A stretch of DNA of 56,169 nucleotides, filler included, from Squatina squatina (Eukaryota): NCBI GenBank assembly GCA_031763465.1. It is 3 parts of 3 records of this genome, joined end to end, with 100 filler letters (N's around TTAATTAATTAA, not from the genome) between each part and the next. Parts side by side here need not be neighbours in the genome. Positions count along the whole stretch, not along the records: positions 1 to 25,554 come from JARFOE010000162.1; 2 more parts are not named here. One strand, given 5' to 3'. Made by a program: the position numbers and the translations under genes. This document shows positions 1-9,467 of the stretch, one piece after another; position 1 is the first letter of the stretch; each line of letters begins with the position of its first letter. The notes under the pieces are model-generated. The model ran no database searches. It worked only from the letters and a program-made list of their open reading frames with translations, and was not told the origin of the DNA.

Positions 1-1610
1 GTTTGTTGAATGAACTTGCACGTTTAAGAGGTGAGTTCAGTGCTCGATAAAGAGCATATTCTGGAAAATGGACAAACCAGATCTCTTTAAATTCTGAAGG
101 AAGCAGGACCAGAGATTGCTGTCTGTAAAGGAATTACTGCTGTAATTTAACTTGCCACTAAAATCATGGCTCGAGCAACGAGGATTAAAGAGGTTTTGTA
201 GTCTTGTAGACTAAAATTAACCTAGTTTCAGGGCTCGTCATGGAGCCCATCGCTCAACAGAAAGGCTTCCCCTCATGACCCTGTGATGTTGCATATTCCT
301 CAACTCACCCCATCAAATTTGTCCAGCAATAGATTCTCTGTGGGATATCACGACCCCTTTGACAAACTAGTTATGATTCAAAATGACAAAACGACAGTAT
401 TTATGGTGGTTTATTTTTGCTTATTCAGATGATTTAAGGCATCACATTTTACCGTGAACTTGATGGCACTGTGGTTTAATAAAGGATCAAAGTAAATCGC
501 GTTGATATGACTTGGACGGCAGAAGGAGGGAATCAGTGTGTAAAAGTCATGGATGTGTGTACAGTTTCTGCTGATTAGTAATTGAAGGACACTGAAGAAT
601 GAGGCTGAAGGAGAATAACACCTCGAGTTTTGCCCTTCTACTTCTAACCCTTATATTACTGTCAGCTTCCGAGAAACTCGTGTCTCCCTGGGCTGAGTTA
701 GTCTGTTTTCAGTGCAGGAATTGTCACACTGAAATAAAAATTCTATTTACAGTAAGGAAGAGACTCAAATGATAGGCATAGCTTTATTACTGTAATACTG
801 ACCCCAAACTGCTAAATGACACACCTAAAACGTGACTTAAACAAAATAAAATAATTTTACCTGCACATTCCTTTTTCTCCACTTCTGTCTCCTTTGCTAT
901 TCTGTTTTTTTTTAATTTTAGCTTTCATTTTTCTAACTTAGATTCTCTAGTCTACCTTTTTTTTTACAATGTGTTTAATTTACCTTTAGACCTTGCTTCC
1001 AACTGTTCACCTTCAGTGAGATCCTCTGAAAGAAAAAGGGTCTGCTACGTCCTAGTTTTAAAGGCTGTCTTTTCAGCTAGCTGTAAGCCCCTGTTGTGCA
1101 GATTGACAGGGCCACGTCACTAACCGCAGCTGGGCCAACCTTTGATGTCAAAACATTCGCCTCCAAACTAGGACGCCCCACTGTCAGTGGGGAAACTCAG
1201 ACCCCCCCACACCACAGCCTGGGCAAATGTGAATCTAAAGGGTTAATTGCAATTTTATTTTCTCTCTCCATTGAGTGTCGGGTCGTTTGCATAACCCCCA
1301 CTGTTTGTGGATGAATCTAAATGGACATTATAGCATCATCATGACATCATCAAGGTAGCCTCAATGGAGCTCAACTGTACTCAAGAGAAGATGTTTAGGG
1401 TACCCTTCAGCCAATCAGCTTTCAGCTTTTTTTTTAGGCTCTGACTGAATTCCTATAAAAAACGCAGGTCTTTGCTAAGTCACGATGGATTGGCTGCAAT
1501 CTTTGCATCCCCAATTAAAAGCATGTGTTATGTTAGAAGACATACAGTGCATCTGAAGACTATAAACATACAACATTCCAACTGTACAATAAGAGCAATA
1601 CAGGACATAA

Positions 1611-2284
1611 TCACATCACAATGCAGCACTGACATCGCTGCTTATCCTTGAGATCCTTCGCTTCATCCACAGCCTCTTTCTCCTTTCCATCTGGTTTCTC
1701 CTCTGTGGCCTGGGCCACAGGCTCTGCCGCAGTGCCATTTGGAGGGGCTTGGCCTGCTACGACCCTCTCATTCTTGCTGTCACCATCCTCAATCACCACC
1801 AGCTCCGCTTTACCTGTTCCGTCGTACCCTAGAACCTTCTTGGTCTCGTTCTCATCCTCTATATCCTGGTATCCCATGAAAATCATGGTCACCGGCTGGT
1901 CTTTGCTGGGCTCTGCGCCATCTCCTGGGGTTTTCCGAAGGATTTTAAGATTTTCTCCGGCAATCCCATCTGGCTTTAGCTTTCCTGGGGACTGACTATC
2001 AGCCTCATTAGGTCCTTTCCCCTCAGGAACCACTGCTTTATTGAAGTCTGTCACCTTGTCGGCCTTCTGTATCAGCTCATCAACTTCCGTGGNNNNNNNN
2101 NNNNNNNNNNNNNNNNNNNNNNNNCCATCACCTTTGCGCACCTCATGGATCACCTTATGCTCATCCTCATAGACCTTGACACCTTGCTGCGTGAGGTGTT
2201 TGGGAGACACACTAGTGGTGGACAAGACCTTAGTCTCCCCGGTTACATTGTCCTTCTCCACTGTAATTTCCACTGCAAACATTG
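1611..2284 (-). CDS. PALM: Paralemmin-1 terminal coding exon, ending in a palmitoylation/prenylation CaaX motif
   Basis: Translation AMFAVEITVEKDNVTGETKVLS...KVYEDE...EVDELIQKAD...PVTMIFMGYQDIEDENETKKVLG...AELVVIED...PPNGTAAEP...KQRCQCCIVM* matches recalled paralemmin-1. Branch point CTAAC, pyrimidine tract and CAG acceptor at 2285-2287; stop at 1611-1613. The 33-N gap keeps frame. Confidence 0.92.
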
Positions 2285-3371
2285 CTGGGCAACAACAAAA
2301 GAGCTGAATGTTAGTGAATGAGCAGCAGAGAGAAGAATAACTAGATGATGAAGACCATCGACAGTGACTAGGCAGCAATGCTGGGAATAAGTGGCAGCCA
2401 TTCCACCAACTTTATGAGAATGTTGTGGGGTAAGGTTGTGCCTGGGCTTGGTTTCGGGACCAGACACCGATCCGCGGAGGCAGCACATGTCCGAAACAAG
2501 AGGCAGGGGATCCATAGAAATTGGACCTTGGGCCTCATCTGCATAATACCGATGAGCTGTGGACACCGGTAGGGCAGCTTGATGTAGCACACCCAGGGCC
2601 TCAGGAAATTTGGCCAGCTCGGATGTCAAGCAGTCCCACAGGTAGGTGTGAGGAAGACGAACTGGAAGCTACTATAGAGCTGAAAAACCTGAGTGGGCCA
2701 TACATGGTGCATGCCCTGCCCCGCCCCGTTGATGACAAAATTCAAGAGTGGTCCTAAAACAGATGTTAGCTGCTCTTCTTTTAGGTGGCTGCCCCAGATG
2801 CCTGCAAAATAGCCTAACCCAATATAGTTTCAGATGCCTGTCAGGCGTCCTTGGGCTTAAGTCTTTGGTCCCTGAAATTGACCCTCGATGCACCTGTTTT
2901 ATGCCTGTAACAATGTTGTACATCACTGTCAATATAATTTAAATTCAGGAACAGGCACGCCATAAAACTAGGAACACTGCATATGAGAGGCAATAAAGTG
3001 ACAAAAATATTATAGATATATAATAAATATAAAGTAATAAAGGTCAAATATTATATCAAAAAATGAGCATCTCAAAGAGGATTCAATGTTACGGTGCTCA
3101 AAAGAACTAATTTGGGATTGAGTTCATGGATGTGGTCATGATAGTTCTTCCNNNNNNNNNNNNNNNNNNNNNNNNNNNNNNNNNNNNNNNNNNNNNNNNN
3201 NNNNNNNNNNNNNNNNNNNNNNNNNNNNNNNNNNNNNNNNNNNNNNNNNNNAAAAGCACATGCTATACATTACTCCACGAGTGCAGTTCCAAAAATGAAT
3301 TCTAGTAACAGGTAATTGCATAAAAATTAAGTTAGCTTTCTGTTCACATAATTAACTTCAGTAACATTTGG

Positions 3372-4037
3372 GAGGTATTGTGTTTGACTAACTTGATTGA
3401 GTTTTTTGATGAGGTTTTTGATGAGGTAACAGAGCGAATGAGGGTAGTGCAATTGATGCTGTGTATATGGACTATGTGAAGGTGTTTGATAAAGGCTTGT
3501 TAGTAAATTATAAAGCTCATAGGATCAATGGGGAGTAGCAGCATGGATACAAAATTGGCTAAGGGATATAAAACAGAATTGTGGTAAATGGCTGTTTTTT
3601 GGACTAGCGGGTGGGATATGTGGTGTTCCCCAGGGTTCTGTTCTAGGATCACTGCTTTTTTGATATACATTAATGATTGGACTTTTGAAATTTGCAGATG
3701 TATAGTAAACACTGAGGAAGATAGCAATAGACATCGAGGATATAGACAGGCTGGTGGAATGGGTGGACACGTGGCAAATGAAATTCAATGCAGAAAAGTG
3801 TGAGGTGATGCATTTTGATAGGAAGAATGAGGAGAGACAATACAAGTTAGATGGCACAATTTTAAAGGGCGTGCAAGAACAGAAGAAACTTGGGCGTGTT
3901 TGTGCACAAATCATTTGATGGTGGCAGGGCGGGTTAACAAAGCAGTTAATAATGCATATGAGATCATGGGCTTTATAAATAGAGGCATGGAGTCTAAAAG
4001 CCAGGAAGTTATGCTAAACCTATATAAAACACTAGTT
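3372..4037 (+). mobile_element. Degenerate, internally deleted CR1-clade LINE ORF2 (reverse transcriptase region)
   Basis: Remnants of CLTNLIEFFDEVT, DAVYMD, WQMKFNAEKCEVMHF and EVMLNLYKTLV motifs, with frameshifts. Confidence 0.85.
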
Positions 4038-4070
4038 CTGATGAAGGATCATCGATCTGAAACGTTAACT
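4034..4070 (+). ncRNA. Minimal type-I hammerhead ribozyme motif
   Basis: AGUU-CUGAUGA-A-GGAUC(AUC)GAUCU-GAAA-C-GU-U-AACU: intact core, stem I AGUU/AACU, 5-bp stem II, loopless palindromic stem III (ACGU). Confidence 0.7.
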
Positions 4071-4152
4071 CTGTTTTTCTCTCCACAGATGCTGCCTGAC
4101 CCGCTGAGTATTTCCAGCATTTTCTGTTTTCTCTTCAAATTTCCAGCATCCA
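4034..4152 (+). mobile_element. Penelope-like terminal-repeat fragment (common shark repeat) beginning with a hammerhead motif
   Basis: ctgatgaaggatcatcgatctgaaacgttaactctgttt...cagatgctgcctgacccgctgagtatttccagcatttt; a near-identical copy lies at 38124-38220. Confidence 0.7.
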
Positions 4153-4252
4153 NNNNNNNNNNNNNNNNNNNNNNNNNNNNNNNNNNNNNNNNNNNNNNNN
4201 NNNNNNNNNNNNNNNNNNNNNNNNNNNNNNNNNNNNNNNNNNNNNNNNNNNN

Positions 4253-4550
4253 CCTTGTTCCCCATTACTATTTCCCCAGTCTCATCCTCTAAGGGGCCAA
4301 CATTCGCTTTGGCCACTCTCTTCCTTTTTATATACATATAGAAGCTCTAACTGTCAGTTTTTATTTTTCTTGCTAGTTTACTCTCATAGTCTATTTTCTC
4401 CCTCTTTATTATTTTTCTGGTCATCCTTTGCTGTTTTCTGAAATTTTCCCAATCTTCGGGCCCACCACTGATCTTTGCCACATTGTGTGACTTTTCTTTC
4501 AATTTGTTCCCATCCTTAACTTCCTTAGTTAGCCATAGTTGGTTCATTCC
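4253..4550 (-). mobile_element. CR1 LINE ORF2 fragment (endonuclease-RT linker)
   Basis: WLTKEVKD...IKREKIDYESKLARKIKTDS and YIKRKRVAKANVGPLEDETGEIVMGNK. Confidence 0.85.
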
Positions 4551-5651
4551 AGGAACAAATAAAAAAAAGAGAATATAGACTTAGTGCGTTTTTTGTTAAT
4601 ATGCAGAACAAACTGCATAAAATGATCACCCACAGGTAATGCACGTGGATTAGAATAATCACTGATTCAGTTTGATCAAAGGATCTGTGTCACGGTTTGT
4701 GACTTTAACCTATTTTGATGCAATGGGAATCTATAAACCCTTTCTTCTTCTACTGCCGAGTTTGGCCACCGTTGTTCTAAAACACGCTGAAGCTTACAGC
4801 CCTGCGCATCTGAAGACAAAATACTTCTGACAAAAGACCCACAAGAAACCCTGGAAACAGAGCAGATCGGCACAGGTTCTCTCCGGTGATGGGCTCCACC
4901 TCACCCACTGAACCCCTGAGGGAGCTCAGCACACCTGCTCCCTCATCTTCAAAGGTATCGGGATGACACTGAGGAATATTTACACGCCCTCTCTCCCACT
5001 ATTCAACCACAGCCTGCAATCCTCCAGATAATATTCCCCTCCGGTGCCAGGCCAGTCTGTTCCTGTCGATGTACCACCATGCGATGCATTATCAGTGAAT
5101 ATTTAAGTAATCAATTTACTGACAGAATTATTTAAAAAGACGTGTTGAAAGTAATCATCCTTTTTTATGATTATAATAAAGGGGCTTCGACTGTGGAGTC
5201 GGCTGTGGGTCNNNNNNNNNNNNNNNNNNNNNNNNNNNNNNNNNNNNNNNNNNNNNNNNNNNNNNNNNNNNNNNNNNNNNNNNNNNNNNNNNNNNNNNNN
5301 NNNNNNNNNNNTCCTTAAAATGTTTGGAGAATTTAGTTTGACGTTTCGTCCCATTGACAGATGGGAGAAAGTTTTCTTATTTTAAATGGAGAACCGGTGC
5401 AGAATTAGAGCAATTCATTCACAAACTGCATAGAAAATGATGGTGGACTGTGTCTAATGCTGGGGACGTACAGAGGCTCAATCAACATCTAAAGTGTCGG
5501 TGGGGGGGGGGGGCGGGGGGGAGAAATAGGGGAGCATTTCCAGTGGGGGCCCTTTATCAGAATGGACGGGGCCTTACGGGTCTTGCCCCAAAGGTTAACC
5601 GAGCTCCCTATTCTTCCTCAGACACCTGGGTGAAGCCCCTAGGCCTGGAAT

Positions 5652-5885
5652 TAGGGTGACCAGACGTCCCAGTTTTGTCGGGACAGTCCCGGTTTTTGAG
5701 GAAGTGTCCCCGGTGTCCCGACACTTGCCCCAAAGTTGCTCAAATGTCCCGGTTTATCATGCCCACTCGCCTGCGCGCAGTCCCGGCAAAGGACGCACTG
5801 CGCATGCACAGTTCCGGTGAGAACTGGGCTGTGCCTGCGCAGATTGATTGTCCTGGTTTGGCACTCTTCCGACCGGGTCACTCTA
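5652..5885. mobile_element. hAT (Blackjack-like) non-autonomous MITE with 8-bp target-site duplication
   Basis: TIRs TAGGGTGACC...GGTCACTCTA, subterminal GTCCCG repeats, and flanks CCTGGAAT (5644-5651) / CCTGTAAT (5886-5893). Confidence 0.85.
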
Positions 5886-6209
5886 CCTGTAATGCAGGAC
5901 CCAGCCAAGGTTAATGGGAGAAGATGAGGTGAAACTGGACTTTGCTGACACTGAGATACCGGCTGGCCTGCTGGGTAGCTCCAGCATTATTTTTGCTGTA
6001 ATTTCCACACGTTGCCAGCATTTGCCATTTTATTTTTAACCTCGGAGAGAACATCAGTCTGCGTCTGGCTGGGGGCTTGGTCAACAGAAGGCTAAAATGA
6101 ACAATAGCGCGGAATCTGAATCCATGGACAACATTGCTTCAGCTGAGCGGAGGCAAGGTTCCCGTGAGGCTCTGATACGGACAGATTAGGAAGTTAAATT
6201 TAGACTCAC

Positions 6210-6255
6210 CGCGATAGCTTGGAGCCTCTCCTGTTGAAACAGTGTCTCGGACATC
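6210..6255 (-). CDS. PALM: Paralemmin N-terminal exon (MSETLFQQERLQAIA)
   Basis: Pyrimidine tract plus CAG acceptor (6256-6258) and GTGAGT donor (6204-6209). QQERLQAIA matches the paralemmin N-terminus and the strand matches the terminal exon. Confidence 0.88.
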
Positions 6256-6644
6256 CTGAGGAGGAAAAGCAAGGAGAAAAAAATATATGGTGAGACAAAA
6301 AAAAACGTGCAAGCTTTCCTGCTGAAAGACAGAAAGAGACGTTGAAGGAATCCATCAGAAATCTTAAAACGGCTAAAAGATTTGAGAACCTGTTCTGGTC
6401 CAGCCTCATGATGCCTGCCTGTAGAAGATTCAGCTGCAAAGTGCAGTCTACACTGGGCACCGATACTTCAAGATATTATTCAGCTAATGTCTCACATTAC
6501 CATAATGCCCTGAGTAGAAGCAGAGTCTCAAATATAAGCAGCTCATTCTGACCTGGGATAAATGCCGTGTTACACAAACACCACAGGAATCACAGCAACA
6601 AGATTCGGGCTGCAAGATACTTGTGCATACAAATAGGCATAGAC

Positions 6645-6990
6645 TCAGGGAATCATACAGCACAGAAGGCAGCTATTTGTGCCTGAGATTCTTTGATAGA
6701 ACCAACCAATTATTGCCACCCCCCTGCTTTTTCTCCAAATCCTTGAAAAACTTTTTTTTTTCAAATATTTATCCAATTCCCTTTTGAAAGTTACTATTGG
6801 ATCTGCTTCCACCGCCCTTTCAGGCAGTGCATCCCAGATTATCACAATTCACTGTGCAAAAAAAATTCTCCTTACCTCCCCTCTGTTGTTTTGCCAAATC
6901 CTTAAATCTGTGTTCTCTGGTTACCGACCCTCCTGCCGTGGAAACAGTTTCTCCGTATTTACTCTATTAAATCCCCTCATAATTTTGAAC
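6645..6990 (-). mobile_element. CR1 LINE 3' end
   Basis: WDALPERAVEADPIVTFKRELDKYLK C-terminal ORF2 motif plus 3' UTR. Confidence 0.8.
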
Positions 6991-7179
6991 AACATAATAT
7001 AAATATCAGGCCCTGAAATTGCGATGTCCCCGGGTGTGAACGATGTTCCCACGCACCCGGGGAGACATCGCGAAAGCCGNNNNNNNNNNNNNNNNNNNNN
7101 NNNNNNNNNNNNNNNNNNNNNNNNNNNNNNNNNNNNNNNNNNNNNNNNNNNNNNNNNNNNNNNNNNNNNNNNNNNNNNN

Positions 7180-7196
7180 CGACGCTCTTCCGATCT
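7180..7196 (+). other. Illumina TruSeq Read-1 adapter remnant (contaminant)
   Basis: CGACGCTCTTCCGATCT sits exactly at a contig start after an N gap. Confidence 0.9.
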
Positions 7197-7300
7197 GGGT
7201 CTCGGTTTAACGTCTCATGTGAAAGACGGCGCCTCCCTCAACACTGCACTGGGAGTGTCAGCCTGGATTCTGTGCTTAAGTCTCTGGAGTGGGAGACTTG
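7197..7300 (-). mobile_element. DeuSINE (SacSINE1-like) fragment
   Basis: Reverse complement matches the 5' body of the SINE at 55538-55953 (...ccaggctgacactccc...atgagacgttaaaccgag). Confidence 0.75.
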
Positions 7301-8162
7301 ACCACAGAATGTACATTGAAATATATCACAGTTTCAGCATTTTAACAGCACCCCGGGACAAGGTATTGAAATGAATCGATGAAGTTGAGGTATCCCATGA
7401 GCTCGCGCACTGGGAATAGATAAGTAGGCGTTGTTTGGTTGACTGCAGTCCATTTACTAATAACACTTCCTCACTCAGCACAGGGACAAGTTTCCCATTT
7501 TTTTCCCAGACCTCCAAATAATTATGGACTGCCAATAGACTGACAATATCAATTTATTTAGCACTGATCTCACTGTGAAACTCGGGACTTGAAATGAGGA
7601 GAAAACAGGATTGAAAGCCAAAAGCAGTGACCATGGAAACCTTGTGCAGGCTCTAATCCATCACCGCAGCCAACTGCGAGTCTGTTAAAGCTTTCAGCAC
7701 AGCACCAAGCTCCTGCAGAGGCTTCCTCTTCCTGGAATATTGTTTTGTCTGTTATTTTTATTACAACTCTAGCTTGCAGCTGGACTGACTTTTCTATTGA
7801 GTGATCTCTGTATATGAACTGGGCAGGGGGCCTCAGGAAATGAAACCATTCTAGAATTGAAGCGTGTTGCTGGGCACGAAAAGCCCACATTCTTCTGTGC
7901 CATGACACCAGCCGTTAGTTTTGCAGAGCTATTTTCCTTCCCTACTCCGACTGTGTTCCCCCTTTACAGGCCGCCTCGGCTTGGTCGAGGGAGCTCACAG
8001 CGAGCTNNNNNNNNNNNNNNNNNNNNNNNNNNNNNNNNNNNNNNNNNNNNNNNNNNNNNNNNNNNNNNNNNNNNNNNNNNNNNNNNNNNNNNNNNNNNNN
8101 NNNNNNATGGAGGGAGTTGATCAGGATGGGTCCGAGCGAGGGGCTGGGAACAGTTCTCCTTC

Positions 8163-8452
8163 TGAGGTACTGTGTTTTGGACGAGACGTTAAACCCAGGC
8201 CCTGTCTGCTCTCTCAGGTGGACATAAAAGATCCCAGGCAGTATTTACAAGAAGAGCAGGGGAGTTATCGCCAGTGTCCTGGCCAATATTTATCGCACAA
8301 CCAGTGTCACTAAAACCTTGCTGTGCACAAATTGGCTGCTGTATTTCTCTACATTACAACAGTGACTATGCTTCAAAAGTACTTCACTGGCTACAAAATG
8401 TTTTGGGACATCCCGAGGTTGTGATATGCACTATATAAAAAGTCTTTCTTTC
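8163..8452 (+). mobile_element. DeuSINE (SacSINE1-like), 5'-truncated
   Basis: Deu-domain gagacgttaaacc...aaagatccc...gaagagcagggg...gtcctggccaatatttat and L2-like tail ending gtctttctttc. Confidence 0.82.
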
Positions 8453-9013
8453 ATTGCATGTTTGCAATGTTTGATGAAGACAGAGCTCTTTTAAGTTGCA
8501 CAGGAGAGAGTCAGGGAAAAAAGTAATGATTGCAACACCAGGAGGAGGAAAATATGTGCATTCCTATAGTTCACTCCCTTCCAGTTTGTAAACACTCTCC
8601 ATCATTCCAATATTACAACATTACAGCAGAACATAGTGCTGGAGATTCAATTTACATATTTGGATCATGTGCTGGAAAAAACTAGCTGCTTAACACTGCA
8701 GTTAACTGGTTATGAATCTGGTTTGTGGGTTGAAGAGATTGGCCAAATGGCTTCTCGAAGGAAACAGAAGAGAAGCAAATCGCTGAAAGAGGTGAAGTTG
8801 TCCCTTTTACTCAGCACTGGAGGAGAATTGAGGCAGTGGGATATTGTACAGTGTTCACATTGATAATGTATTAATAACCTTATGGCTCCACACCTCTCCT
8901 GGCAACTTTCCCCATTGTAAATTCCTACGTCCACATTTATCCATGCAAACTTGTCACGCTGTAGTTACACCCGTCCACCAATGGGGGCACAGTGCTCCCT
9001 ACTGATCCTCAAG

Positions 9014-9370
9014 GGTCAGTCGTGGCTCAGTGGTGGCGCTCTCGCATCTGAGTCAGAATGTCGTGGGTTCAAGAAGGGTGCAGTCTTTCACATGAGACGT
9101 CAAACCGCTGATTTAACTGAGCCCATGGCACGATTCGAAGAAGAGCAGGGGAGCTCATTTATCCCTCTCCCAGCATCACTAAAATGGATTATCTGGTCAT
9201 TATCACGTGGCTGTTTGTGGCACCTTGCTGTGCGCATATTGGCTGCCGCGTTTCCTACATTCCAACTGTGACCACACTTCAAAAAAAATACTTCATTGGC
9301 TGTAAAACGCTTTGGGACGTCCTGAGGTCATGGAAGGCACTGTATAAATAGTTTGCTCTTTCTTTCTTCT
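9014..9370 (+). mobile_element. DeuSINE (SacSINE1-like) with tRNA-derived head and internal deletions
   Basis: A box TGGCTCAGTGG and B box GGTTCAAG; body and tail shared with the copies at 8163 and 55538. Confidence 0.82.
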
Positions 9371-9432
9371 CTGTGCCATGTCAGGTCACTCTCACCCTGC
9401 AGGATCTTCACACAGATGAGTTGGCATATGGC

Positions 9433-9435
<3 letters not shown>

Positions 9436-9464
<29 letters not shown>
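9436..9464. repeat. (AC)n microsatellite
   Basis: About 14 perfect AC units. Confidence 0.95.

Positions 9465-9467
<3 letters not shown>

Noticed and set aside
4707-4810. Possible minus-strand exon DAQGCKLQRVLEQRWPNSAVEEERVYRFPLHQNR
   Set aside because: Weak donor and no recognisable homology.
5335-5370. Minus-strand UCCCAU/AUGGGA stem followed by CGAAACGUC, resembling the 3' half of a hammerhead
   Set aside because: No upstream CUGANGA core; likely chance.
8710-8795. Possible exon ending MASRRKQKRSKSLKE
   Set aside because: No convincing acceptor, non-consensus donor and no recognised homologue.
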